Counted from the stretch's first letter, positions 38,050 to 52,995 are shown. The stretch is 64,000 nucleotides of DNA from Eledone cirrhosa (GCA_964016885.1 CAXHJY010001412.1:13291-77290); one strand, 5' to 3'. Translations and numbers: made by a program. The notes: a model not told the origin generated them from the sequence alone.

Positions 38050-38982
38050 ATTGGCATCTATCATAATGCCCATTTTTAGAGAGAAACCCCTTGTGGCCAA
38101 TAGCGGTAGGAGCTCTCTGAACTTTTTCCATCCAGTTCTAACTCTACTACTACTACACTTTGAGAGCACCCTCCTCCACTGCTGATTTTGTGACCCAGAT
38201 AACAGAAGGTGTCTACTATTTCTATAGAACCATCTGGGCAGTTGAAGGTGATAGCATCCAGTGGGTCCTTGCTACTTACTGCACCTGACCATCAGCCAGA
38301 TATAAAATCTATGTTCAGATATAAAATCTGATCCCACTACATCTTTTGTGTACCCATAGATTGTATTTGGGACATAGAATGGAGTTTCTGCCTACTCCTT
38401 TCCTACACACTGAGCATGGCCATTTCCCAGAGGGTACCTGTGCCCTATTCTCCTTTCTACATACTAGAACCTTAGTCTTAGACAAGTTGACTCTAAGGCC
38501 TTTTGATTCTAGGCCATACTTCCATGTTTGGAACTTCCTCTCTAGTTCAGCCATGGATTCAGCTATAAGAGTTAGATCATCTGCGTATAGAAGTACCCAT
38601 GGGCAGCCAGTCTTAAACCCCTCTGTTATAGCCTGTAGGACAATAATAAACAGGAGGGAGTTAAGAACAGAGCCCTGTTCAACCCCTACTATTACGCTAA
38701 ATTCATCACTATATTCATCACTAATTCTAACCTTGCTGACTGTTCCTCTATACATGTATAGCTTTTCAAGCCATTCTTCTACTACTAGTTTTCTAAGAGC
38801 CCACCAGATTTAGGTGTGTGGGACTCTGTCAAAGGCCTTCTCCAGGTCAACAAAAGCTAAGTAGAGGGGTTTACTGTTAGCTAGGTACTTCTGCAATTGC
38901 CGTACAAGGAAAAGAACATCCGTGGTACTTTTAGCTGACACAAACCCAAACAGCATTTCATCTAGATCAATTTGGTCTCTGA
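38050..38982 (-). mobile_element. Internal RTE LINE fragment (RT and PHD-like finger)
   Basis: ORF 38315-38755 contains LLYADD and CSVCRKGVGRNS, and is similar to 16760-17680. Confidence 0.9.
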
Positions 38983-38984
38983 CG

Positions 38985-39832
38985 TTCTAGACCCAGGATC
39001 ATATATACACCGTCTTCGACAATATATCTCTCACCTTGCTCCTGCAAGCACCCGTCGACAGAACACGGCCACACGGCTACGTAGGTAGCACCACCAGACC
39101 ACTCCACATAAGAATAAAAGAACACCTCAATACTAACGCTTCCTCATTTAAGAAACACCTAGTTAAATGCAAAAACACCTACAAAACCATAACAGTTAGG
39201 ATAGAAACTAAGGAAAGAAACCTCGGCAATCTTAGAATTAAGGAAGCACTAATTATAGACAAAACACAACCACCAATCAATAATAGACTAGAACTCAACA
39301 CCAAATTTATAACTTGATAGAGCTTCTAGCCCCATATTTACCCCCCCCCCACACACACACGCTTACACCTCCACTTATTCTCTCTCACACACACACATAC
39401 ACACACAAAGACCAGTTCTAACACGAGATAACATCTATCCCCCACATTTACGTATAGACATATCTTCTCACTCTCACACACACACTCACATACTTACACC
39501 TTCATGCATTCTCCCACACACTTAAACAGGCATGTACAAAAAAAAAAAAAAACTTTTAAAGGGAGACTACTCTTTATCCACCTAACTTTAACTCTTTGAC
39601 ATTAGAGATAGAACAGATACTCTATACCATTTCCTGTCAGCATGACTTGGCAAGCTATTTAGAACACTGGTTTAACCACTTTACTTCCCTCCGAAGAAGA
39701 GATATTATCTCAAAAATTAAGGACATTTAAATAAATCTAAGGTAAAAGACTGTCAACAATATCTTTTGCATTTGCATTCTTTATTCTATGTCCATACCTG
39801 CATTGTTTTGGCTTTATTATACATATACAAAC
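38985..39832 (+). mobile_element. Penelope-like element 3' fragment: GIY-YIG endonuclease and CA-rich UTR/pLTR
   Basis: YVGSTTRPLHIRIKEH...H...LRIKEALII....P.IN* (to 39317), then (CA)n tracts and a decayed hammerhead at about 39686-39723. Confidence 0.88.
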
Positions 39833-39834
39833 GT

Positions 39835-40010
39835 TTATATATATATATATACAAATATATATATACACATATATATATATACAAATATATATATACAAAT
39901 ATATATATACAAATATATACATACAAATATATACATACAAATATATATATACAAATATATACATATATATATATACAAATATATACAAATATATATATAC
40001 AAATATATAC
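39835..40010. repeat. (TA)nCAAA microsatellite
   Basis: Seen directly; the same motif resumes at 42590-42802. Confidence 0.95.
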
Positions 40011-42590
40011 AAAGGTCAAATGGCCTGAGGGCCACCTCCTCCCTGGAATGACGTCAATAGAACAGAGACAGACGGAATCCCTGCTGGCCCTCACACACAG
40101 GCTGTTCATGGAGCAAGCAATACTCCTCCCAACAAGAGGCGAAAATGTCCTGGACCTCTGTTTTACAAACAACGAAGTGCTCATCCACAATGTAAAGGTG
40201 ACACCAACAATTCTCTCGGATCATAACTTAGTAGAGCTAATGATATGTGGTCCAAGAGAACCAACAGAGACAAAACCACCAAGAACTCCGGGACGCTATC
40301 CAGCCTTAACTTCTACAAGGCTAACTGGAAAAAGATTAAGAGTGAAATCCGGAAGCAAACATGGAGTGAAAACACTGCCACACAAAACACTAACAAACAA
40401 TTTCAACACTTCATGACAACGATACACACCATATGCAAAAAGTTTGTCCCGGAGAAAGAGGCAAACAGACACAAAAATCTTATTCCCAGAGATAGGAAAA
40501 TCCTTATGAGACATAGAACTAAACTCTCAAACCAGTTGAATAGTCAACAAAACAAAAACAAGAAGGAATCCTATTTGAAACGTGCACTACTTGACACCGA
40601 GATTGCACTCAAACTTTCACATGAGAATGAGAGGGCAAAGAAAGAGAACAGGGCCATAGAAAACATTAAAACAAACCCTAAGGCCTTCTTTAAATTTGCA
40701 AAAGAAACTGCCTCAGTACACTGCAAGATTGGGCCACTCTTCCACACGGACGGTTCATTAACCGAAAACCCCCAAGAGATATGTGAAATACTGAACGAAC
40801 AGTACAAAAGTGTGTTCACATGTCCACTGAGGCACATGCAAATAACAAAGCCAGAGGAGTTCTTTGATGCCACAACACTACATCAAGAAATGGCAACCAT
40901 CAACCACATAGACATAACGGAGGAGGATGTGGTGTACGCCATTGATGAAATTAGAACAGACTCGGCTGCTGGACCTGATGGATTCCCAGCAGTTCTCTTA
41001 AAAATATGTAAGCGGGCCTTAGCAACTCCACTGAAGATGCTCTTCAGAAGCTCCTTGGCTAGCGGTGTACTACCCAGGGAGCTGAAAGAAGGCACAATAT
41101 GCCCTATCCATAAAGGAGGTAGTAGAGCGGAGGCCAAGAACTATAGGCCAGTCTCCCTGACGTCGCATATCAGTAAGGTCATGGAGCGAGTCGTCAGAAA
41201 GAAACTAATCACTTTCCTCGAAGAAAATGACCGCCTGACTAGCACGCAACATGGCTTCCGCCCAGGAAGAAGCTGCCTTACACAGCTGCTACATCACTAC
41301 GACTGGGTACTGAGACAACTACTAGACAGCTCACATGTGGACGTGATATATCTTGACTTTGCGAAGGCCTTTGACAAGGTCGACCACGGAATGATATGTC
41401 ACAAACTACATGGACTCGGCATAACTGGAAAAGTAGGTGAGTGGCTGCATGGCTTCCTAAGGGACAGAAGCCAGGCAGTCGCAGCAAATAGGGCCCTCTC
41501 GAGGGAAACACCGATAACAAGTGGGGTGCCCCAGGGGACAGTCCTGGGACCACTACTGTTTTGGGTGGCTCTCTCGGACATGCCCTCCGTGGTGCATGCA
41601 ACAACATCCCTCACTAGCTATGCTGATGACACTAAGGTAGCACAGGCAATCAAAAACCCGGCTGACGCTGCCCTTTTACAGCAGGATCTGGATGCCATAT
41701 ACAGATGGGCGGAAGAAAACAACATGCAGTTTAATGCTGGCAAATTCCAAGCCCTACAATATAAACCTGCAAACACAAATATAGTGGAACACAGCTACAC
41801 AGGACCAGGAGGGACCGATATCCCCGTGTCAAAATCGATACGAGACCTGGGCATAGACATGAGCGATGATGCATCTTTTTCTTCACACATCATGAAAGTG
41901 GCGACAATGTGCAGACGACTCGCTGGCTGGATCTTGAGGACTTTCCGGGCAAGAGATTGAGACACCATGTTGACACTGTGGAGGACTTTTGTCCTAAGCC
42001 GCCTGGACTACTGCTCCCAGTTGTGGTCACCCCATAGTGTCAAACTAACCACGGAGCTTGAGGCAATCCAGCGAAGCTACACCAAGAGGATTGCCAAGAT
42101 GAGGGAGACAAGCTACTGGGAGAGGCTGAAGGAACTGAACCTCTACTCCTTGGAGCGAAGACGGGAGAGATACGCAGTGATCTACATGTGGAAAATCCTG
42201 GAGGGACTAGCACCAAACTTTGGCATTGGGAGCTGGACCAACCGTCGAACAGGACGTCACTGTGTGGTGCCAAAGGTCCCGTCTTCCACATCTAGAATAA
42301 GGAGCAGGTATTGCAACAGCCTGGGATTCAAGGGCCCTCAACTCTTCAACAGGCTGCCGAGGCATCTGCGAGACTTGCATGACGTGGAGGTGGATGTCTT
42401 TAAGAAACCTCGTTATCCAGGATCACGGATGAGCCCACAGCAAGAAACGAGGGAAAACTAAGGGCAGCAGCAACAAACTCCCTCTTACACCAGTGGCCAA
42501 CCTATACAGGCTGGAGATAAAATGTGTAGCAACAAGGGCGGTGCCCCAGCATGGCCTCAGCCGGATGGCTGAAACAGGTAAAAGAGTAAA
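40011..42590 (+). mobile_element. CR1-clade LINE, 5'-truncated ORF2
   Basis: Endonuclease tail ([16 protein letters not shown]) and ORF 40245-41960 with NYRPVSLTS, QHGFRPGRSC, YLDFAKAFDKV, SGVPQGTVLGP and YADDT. The same frame continues after one stop (LYSLERRRER), and a 3' stem-loop CAGCC/GGCTG precedes the tail. Confidence 0.93.
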
Positions 42591-42801
42591 TATATATATA
42601 CAAATATATATATATATATATATACAAATATATATATATATATATACAAATATATATATATATATATACAAATATATATATATATATATACAAATATATA
42701 TATATATATACAAATATATATATATATATATATACAAATATATACAAATATATATATATACACAAATATATATATATACAAATATATATATATACAAATA
42801 T

Positions 42802-43622
42802 ATCATCATCATCAACGTTTAACGTCCGTGTTCCACGCTTGCATGGGTTTGGACGGGGGTTTTCCCACTTGAGGCGAGAGTGATTATCTTGCTCGCATAG
42901 GACTATCTGGCGGGTTTTCTACAGTTGGATGCCCTTCCTAACACCAACCACATTTACAGTGTGGGGCTGGGAGGTTTTTACCGTGTTGCCTACACGGCCA
43001 CATTACAGCGTGAACTGTGTGTTTTTTTGACATGACACCTACACGATCACATTTGTTTCGGCCTGGATGTTGTGGCACCAACATAACTTTACATTGAAAG
43101 GGGTGGTGTGGATGGGGTGGGGGTGGTGGGATGGGGGTGTATTTTGTTAGAGATGCCTACTGGCTGTAGTAGGTTTTACTATGTATTTAGGTAAGGCGGG
43201 TCTTCTCTATTACTGAGTACCGCCAAAGGTCTCGGTCCAGTGACATTGTCTTGGAGAGGTGTAAGTGTGTGAGGTCGGAGTTTATCAGCTCGTCCCAGGA
43301 TTTTCTAGGTCTGCCTATTCCGTGGCTACCGTCTATCTTTATTGCCCTGCACTTTGTTATACAGCTATCGACTTTCATGCGCATCGCGTGTCCGTACCAA
43401 CGTAGCCTTCTCTCGAGTAAACAACATCTGATCCCTCTTATTTCTAATTTTTTCCTTAGTTTGTTTATGCTTTGCTGTTCACGTATATTACTATTACACA
43501 TCCAGCGGAGCATGCAAGCTTCGTTTCTCTCTAGTCTGCGTATATCCTCTGCACACAATGCCAAGGTCTCTCTTTCTTGCAAACTAGAACTTTAGTCTTA
43601 GCCAGGTTAATTTTAAGGCCTT
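42802..43622 (-). mobile_element. RTE LINE 3' fragment (subfamily B) with internal deletion
   Basis: (CAT)n tail and ORF 43187-43582. At about 43570 the sequence jumps from the ETW region to the GLKINLAKTKVLVC region. Confidence 0.9.
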
Positions 43623-43630
43623 GTATATAT

Positions 43631-44633
43631 CATCATCATCATCATCAACGTTTAACGTCCGTGTTCCACGCTTGCATGGGTTTGGACGGGGGTAGTCCCA
43701 CTTGAGGCAAGAGTGATTGTCTTGCTCGCATAGGACTGTCTGGCAGGTTTTCTACTGTTGGATGCCCTTCCTAACACCAACCACATTTACAGTGTGGGTC
43801 TGGGAGGTTTTTACCGTGTTGCCTACACGGCCACATTACAGCGTGGACTGTGTGTTTTTTTTGTCGTGACACCTACACGATCTCATTTGTTTCGGCCTGG
43901 ATGGTGTGGCACCAACATAACTTTACATAGAAGGGGGTGGTGTGGATGGGGTGGGGGTGGTGGGATGGGGGTGTATTTTGTTAGAGATGCCTACTGGCTG
44001 TAGTAGGTTTTACTATGTATTTAGGTAAGGCGGGTCTTCTCTATTACTGAGTACCGCCAAAGGTCTCGGTCCAGTGACATTGTCTTGGAGAGGTGTAAGT
44101 GTGTGAGGTCGGAGTTTATCAGCTCGTCCCAGGTTTTTCTAGGTCTGCCTATTCCGTGGCTACCGTCTATCTTTATTGCCCTGCACTTTGTTATACAGCT
44201 ATCGACTTTCATGCGCATCACGTGTCCATACCAACGTAGCCTTCTCTCGAGTAAACAACATCTGATCTCTCTTATCTCTAATTTTTTCCTTAGTTTGTTT
44301 CTGCTTTGCCGTTCACGTATATTACTGTTACACATCCAGCGGAGCATGCAAGCTTCGTTCCTCTCTAGTCTGCGTATATCCTCTGCACACAATGCCCAGG
44401 TCTCACTGCCATGCAGCATTGCTGTTCGTATGCAGGCATCGCACAACCTGCCTTTCATTTTTAGGGAGAACCCTTTAGCAGCTAATAGTGGTATAAGCTC
44501 TCTGAACTTTTTCCAACCAGTTCTGACTCTAGCTACAGTACTTTCAGAGCACCCTCCCCCACTGCTGATTTTATCGCCCAGGTAACGGAAGCTGTCCGCT
44601 ATTTCTATAGAACATACATATATATATACATAC

Positions 44634-44664
<31 letters not shown>

Positions 44665-44743
44665 CATATATATATAGAACCCTCTGCGCAATTGAAAGAG
44701 CTAGTATTTTGTGGGCACTTGCTGCTACTTATTGCACCAGAAC
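43631..44743 (-). mobile_element. RTE LINE 3' fragment (subfamily B) interrupted by microsatellite
   Basis: ORF 44021-44635 is nearly identical to the adjacent copy, with a TA/TACA insert at 44614-44672. Confidence 0.92.
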
Positions 44744-44782
44744 ATATATATACATACATACATATATACATACATACATACA

Positions 44783-44814
<32 letters not shown>

Positions 44815-45001
44815 CACATATACATACATACATATACACATATATATATATACATACATATACACATATATATATATACATACATATACACATATATATA
44901 TATACATACATATACACATATATATATATACATACATATACACATATATATATATACATACATATACACATATATATATATACATACATATACACATATA
45001 T

Positions 45002-45540
45002 ATGGTGGCTGCCAACTCGTTTTCGAGTACGGCCACTACTTTATATCCATGTAGGAGAACCCCTACCGATGCGCTGAACGAGTGTGACTTTTCAGTCCGG
45101 CCAGCGACTTGAAAACCCCGGTACAAACACTACACATGTGACAATTATTGACACATAGTGCTGGGCCCATGGTGCCATGTGACGACAAGTGCAGAGAGAT
45201 CTCCAGATATAAAGCAATGCCTGTGCCGTGAAGCTTTTATAGTGAGCAAAGGCACTGCACAAAGCCAGTCCCACTCTCTTAACCAAGATGATATTTACCA
45301 AAAAGAAGAACAAGTCAACATCATTGGATATCATCAGGGTTGCAGGTGTGATATCAGAGTTTTCCTTCTCCTAGAATTCTGCCTTGACAAAGGCTAAGGG
45401 GTCATCTCTCCCGGTGATTTTGGATGGCCATTGACTTTTAAGAGCTCCTTTGCCCTTTGACAGGTTTTGTTTTTAGTCCTGCAGGATGTCCAAAGTCACC
45501 CTCCCTCACCAAGAAACCTTGGTGGGTTGCCACTGGCAAC
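45002..45540 (-). mobile_element. Bipartite RTE-derived non-autonomous element, copy 1
   Basis: Shares the 3' end ...CTCGAAAACGAGTTGGCAGCCACCAT with four other copies; 539 bp. Confidence 0.85.
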
Positions 45541-45955
45541 ACATATATATATATACATACATATACACATATTATATATATACATACAATTACACATATA
45601 TATATATACATACATATACACATATATATATTACATACATATACACATATATATATATACAATACTATATATACTTACATATATATATATATATATATAT
45701 ATACATACATATATAATACATAACATATATATATATATATACAATACATACATATATATATACATATATATATACTATATATATATTATACATACATATA
45801 TATACATATAATATTATAAATATATATATATATATATACATATATATATACATATATATATACATACAATATATATATATTATACATATATATATATATA
45901 TATAACAATATCTATATATATATATATATATATACATATATATATACATATATAT

Positions 45956-45986
<31 letters not shown>

Positions 45987-46172
45987 CATATATATATACT
46001 ATATATATATACATACATATAGTATATATATATATATACATATAAATATATATAGTATATATACATACATATATATATACATACATATATATATATATAT
46101 ATATTACATACATATATATATATATATATACATACAATATATATATATATTATATATACATATATATATTAC

Positions 46173-46229
<57 letters not shown>

Positions 46230-46278
46230 CATATATATATACATATATATATATATACATACATACATATATATATAC

Positions 46279-46493
<215 letters not shown>

Positions 46494-46494
46494 C

Positions 46495-46531
<37 letters not shown>

Positions 46532-46548
46532 CATACATATATATATAC

Positions 46549-46599
<51 letters not shown>

Positions 46600-46616
46600 C
46601 ATACGTACATACATAT

Positions 46617-46647
<31 letters not shown>

Positions 46648-46691
46648 CATACATACATATATATATACATACATACAAGTATGTAATTAAC

Positions 46692-46749
46692 CTTTATGCT
46701 CTGATGAGTCCCACTTATAGTGCGGATGAAACAATGTTAGCAAGTAAAG
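46692..46749 (+). ncRNA. Minimal type I hammerhead ribozyme in a PLE-like island
   Basis: CTTTA-TGCT-CTGATGA-GTCC(CAC ttata GTG)c GGAT-GAAA-CaatG-TT-AGCA-ag-TAAAG. Both cores are intact and stem I is extended. Confidence 0.7.
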
Positions 46750-47330
46750 ATATGCATATGCTATAAGCGTTCTTTGTTAGTTATTATATTACGGCTCTGT
46801 CCTCAGACATTGAGCTAACCTCATACTACCTGCTGGATAAGTGGAGTATTACACACCCCTGATCCTTTCCCTAGCATACTATATATATATACATACATAC
46901 ATACATATATACATACATACATACATATATACATACATATATATATACATACATACATACATATATATACATACATACATACATATATATACATACATAC
47001 ATACATATATATATACATACATATATATATATACATACATATATATATACATACATATATATATACATACATACATATATATATATATACATACATATAT
47101 ATATATATACATACATATATATATATATATATATACATACATATATATATATATATACATACATATATATATATATACATACATATATATATACATACAT
47201 ATATATATATACATACATATATATATACATACATATATATATATACATACATACATATATATATATATACATACATATATATATATATACATACATATAT
47301 ATATATATATACATACATATATATATATAT

Positions 47331-47361
<31 letters not shown>

Positions 47362-47402
47362 CATACATATATATATATATACATACATACATACATATAT
47401 AT

Positions 47403-47433
<31 letters not shown>

Positions 47434-47500
47434 CATACATATATATATATATATATACATACATACATACATATATATACATACATACATACATATATAT

Positions 47501-47535
<35 letters not shown>

Positions 47536-47628
47536 CATACATATATATATATATATATACATACATATATATATATACATACATATATATATATATATAT
47601 ACATACATATATATATATATATACATAC

Positions 47629-47663
<35 letters not shown>

Positions 47664-47765
47664 CATACATATATATATATATATATACATACATATATAT
47701 ATATATATATACATACATATATATATATATATATACATACATATATATATATATATATACATACA

Positions 47766-47805
<40 letters not shown>

Positions 47806-47810
47806 CATAC

Positions 47811-47843
<33 letters not shown>

Positions 47844-47849
47844 CATACA

Positions 47850-47909
<60 letters not shown>

Positions 47910-47950
47910 CATACATACATATATATATATACATACATATATATATATAC

Positions 47951-47981
<31 letters not shown>

Positions 47982-48057
47982 CATACATATATATATATAT
48001 ACATACATATATATATATACATGCATACATACATATATATATATATACATACATATA

Positions 48058-48103
<46 letters not shown>

Positions 48104-48308
48104 CATATATATATATATATACATACAAACATACATATATATATATACATATACATATATACATACATACAAACATACATATATATATATACATATACAT
48201 ATATACATACATACAAACATACATATATATATACATATACATATATACATACATACAAACATACATATATATATATACATATACATATATACATACATAC
48301 ATATATAT

Positions 48309-48339
<31 letters not shown>

Positions 48340-48459
48340 CATACATACATACATACATATATACATACATACATACATACATATATACATACATACATAT
48401 ATATATATACATACAATATATATATACATACATACATATATACATACATACATATATAC

Positions 48460-48492
<33 letters not shown>

Positions 48493-48493
48493 C

Positions 48494-48526
<33 letters not shown>

Positions 48527-48680
48527 CATACATACATACATATATACATACATATATATATACATATATATATACATACATACATATATACATACATATA
48601 TACATACATATATACATACATATATACATACATACATACATACATACATACATACATACATACATACATACATACATACA

Positions 48681-48712
<32 letters not shown>

Positions 48713-49035
48713 CATACATACATACATATATATATATATATACATACATACATATATATATACATACATACATATATATATACATACATATATATATATA
48801 CATACATATATATATATATATACATACATACATATACATACATATATATATATATACATACATATACATACATATATATATATATACATACATACATATA
48901 TATATACATACATATATATATATATACATACATACATATATATATACATACATACATATATATATACATACATATATATATATATACATACATACATATA
49001 TATATACATACATATATATATATATACATACATAC

Positions 49036-49103
49036 ATGATGGCTGCCCCCTCGTTATCGAGTATGGCCATTGCACAATAAAAAAAAAAAAAAAAAAAAAA
49101 AAA

Positions 49104-49187
<84 letters not shown>

Positions 49188-49372
49188 GAAAAAAAAAAAA
49201 AAAAAAAAAAAAAGGGAAAAGATATATATATATATATATACACACATATATATACATATATATATACATACACATATATATACACACACACATACATACA
49301 CATACATACATATATACACACACACATACATACACATACACTCACACATATATACACACATACATTAATAAC

Positions 49373-49415
<43 letters not shown>

Positions 49416-49494
49416 GCAATAATATTAATAACGACAACAACAACAATAATATACATATTCATATATATGTACACACACACGCACGCACATAAGC

Positions 49495-49532
<38 letters not shown>

Positions 49533-49825
49533 GATAGCAACTAACAGTGCTGCGATCGAATGTGGCTTTTTAGCCCAGCCAATGATCTAAAATGTCTTGC
49601 ACAGAGTCGGCAACCAAAACATTTACTGGGAATAGTCGGCTGTGGTTGGAGTTCGTGTACTTTTGCATGTCGCTTGAGTCCTCCTGCTGATTTACATTCT
49701 CTACCACATGTTTGGCAAGCATGATGAGTAGCATCTCCAACAGCAGCCTGGTAGTCAACCACTGGTCTTACTTTATGACTGCGAAGATGACTTTCGAGTC
49801 CAGCTTTGCTTAGGCAGAGTCTCGC
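49036..49825 (-). mobile_element. 3' end of an RTE LINE with three C-terminal C2H2 zinc fingers
   Basis: ..[37 protein letters not shown] and [23 protein letters not shown] (stop at 49541). A microsatellite-rich UTR follows, ending TGGCCATACTCGATAACGAGGGGGCAGCCATCAT(GTAT)n. Confidence 0.75.
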
Positions 49826-49924
49826 ATACATATATATATACATACATATATTATACATACATATATATATACATACATATATATATACATACATATATAT
49901 ATACATACATATATATATATATAC

Positions 49925-49957
<33 letters not shown>

Positions 49958-49989
49958 CATATATATACATACATACATATATATATACA

Positions 49990-50025
<36 letters not shown>

Positions 50026-50097
50026 TACATACATATATATATATACATACATATATATATACATACATATATATATACATACATATATATATATACA

Positions 50098-50143
<46 letters not shown>

Positions 50144-50226
50144 CATACATATATACATACATATATATATATATATACATACATATATATATATACATAC
50201 ATATATACATACATATATATATATAC

Positions 50227-50644
50227 ATGGTGGCTGCCAACTCGTTTTCGAGTACGGCCACTACTTTATATCCATGTAGGAGAACCCCTACCGAAGCGCT
50301 GAACGAGTGTGACTTTTTAGTCCAGCCAGCGACTTGAAAACTCTGGTACAAACACTACACCTGTGACAATTATTGACACATAGTGCTGGGCCCATGGTAC
50401 CATGTGAGGACAAGTGCAGAGAGATCTCCAGATACAAAGCAATGCCTGTGCCGTGAAGCTTTTATAGTGAGCAAAGGCACTGCACAAAGCCAGTCCCACT
50501 CTCTTAACCAAGATGATATTTACCAAAAAGAAGAACAAGTCAACATCATTGGATACCATCAGTGTTGCAGGTGTTATATCAGAGTTTTCCTTCTCCTAGA
50601 ATTCTGCCTTGACAAAGGCTAAGGGGTCATCTCTCCCGGTGATT
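50227..50644 (-). mobile_element. Bipartite RTE-derived element, copy 2
   Basis: Same 3' end, 5'-truncated; 418 bp. Confidence 0.85.
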
Positions 50645-50676
50645 AATATATATACATACATATATATATACATACA

Positions 50677-50731
<55 letters not shown>

Positions 50732-50742
50732 ACATACATATA

Positions 50743-50811
<69 letters not shown>

Positions 50812-50839
50812 ATACATACATATATATATATATACATAC

Positions 50840-50875
<36 letters not shown>

Positions 50876-50883
50876 ATACATAC

Positions 50884-50919
<36 letters not shown>

Positions 50920-50959
50920 ATACATACATATATATATACATACATACATACATATATAT

Positions 50960-51000
<41 letters not shown>

Positions 51001-51013
51001 CATACATATATAT

Positions 51014-51044
<31 letters not shown>

Positions 51045-51133
51045 ACATACATACATACATATATATATACATACATATATATTACATACATACATATATA
51101 TATATACATACATATATATATATATATACATAC

Positions 51134-51168
<35 letters not shown>

Positions 51169-51173
51169 CATAC

Positions 51174-51208
<35 letters not shown>

Positions 51209-51279
51209 CATACATATATATATATATATACATACATACATATATATATATATATACATACATACATATATATATATAC

Positions 51280-51310
<31 letters not shown>

Positions 51311-51598
51311 CATACATATATATATATATATACATACATACATATATATACATACATACATACATATATATATACATACATATATACATACATATACATA
51401 CATATATATATATACATATATATATACATACATATATATATACATACATATATATATATATATATACATATATACATATATATATACATACATATATATA
51501 TATATATATACATACATATATATATATATATATACATACATATATATATATATATATACATACATATATATATATATATATACATACATATACATACA

Positions 51599-51636
<38 letters not shown>

Positions 51637-51832
51637 CATATATATACATACATATATATATATATACATACATATATATACATATATATACATATATATA
51701 CATATATATACATACATATATATATATATACATACATACATATATATATACATACATACATATATATATATATACATACATATATATATATATACATACA
51801 TACATATATATATATATACATACATATATATA

Positions 51833-51873
<41 letters not shown>

Positions 51874-51993
51874 ATACATACATATATATATATATATACA
51901 TACATACATACATATATATACATACATACATATATATACATACATACATACATATATATATATATATACATACATATATATATATATACATAC

Positions 51994-52064
<71 letters not shown>

Positions 52065-52283
52065 CATATATATATACATACATATATATATATATATATA
52101 TACATATATATATACATACATATATATATATATATATACATATATATATACATACATATATATATATATACATACATATATATATATATATACATACATA
52201 CATACATATATACATACATATATATATATACATACATACATACATACATATACATACATACATACATATATATACATACATAC

Positions 52284-52738
52284 ATGGTGGCTGCCAACTC
52301 GTTTTCGAGTACGGCCACTACTTTATATCCATGTAGGAGAACCCCTACCGATGCGCTGAACGAATGTGACTTTAGTCCAGCCAGCGACTTGAAAACTCTG
52401 GTACAAAGGCTACACTTGTGACCATTATTGACACATAGTGCAGGGCCCATGGTACCATGTGATGACAAGTGCAGAGAGATCTCCAGATATAAAGCAATGC
52501 CTGTGCTGTGAAGCTTTTATAGTGAGCAAAGGCACTGCACAAAGCCAGTCCCACTCTCTTAACCAAGATGATATTTACCAAAAAGAAGAACAGGTCAACA
52601 TCATTGGATACCATCAGGATTGCAGGTGTTATATCAGAGTTTTCCTTCTCCTAGAATTCTGCCTTGACAAAGGCTAAGGGGTCATCTCTCCCGGTGATTT
52701 TGGATGGCCATTGACTCTTAAGAGCTCCTTTGCCCTTT
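52284..52738 (-). mobile_element. Bipartite RTE-derived element, copy 3
   Basis: Same 3' end, 5'-truncated; 455 bp. Confidence 0.85.
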
Positions 52739-52824
52739 ACATACATATACATATACATACATACATATACATACATACATACATATACATACATACATAC
52801 ATACATATACATACATATATATAT

Positions 52825-52875
<51 letters not shown>

Positions 52876-52881
52876 CATACA

Positions 52882-52917
<36 letters not shown>

Positions 52918-52963
52918 CATACATATATATATATACATACATATATATATATATATACATACA

Positions 52964-52995
<32 letters not shown>

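Noticed and set aside
49541-49825. Exon of a host C2H2 zinc-finger gene
   Set aside because: There are no TGEKP linkers, the upstream frame is microsatellite, and it is followed by a retroelement-type terminus shared with the five small elements.
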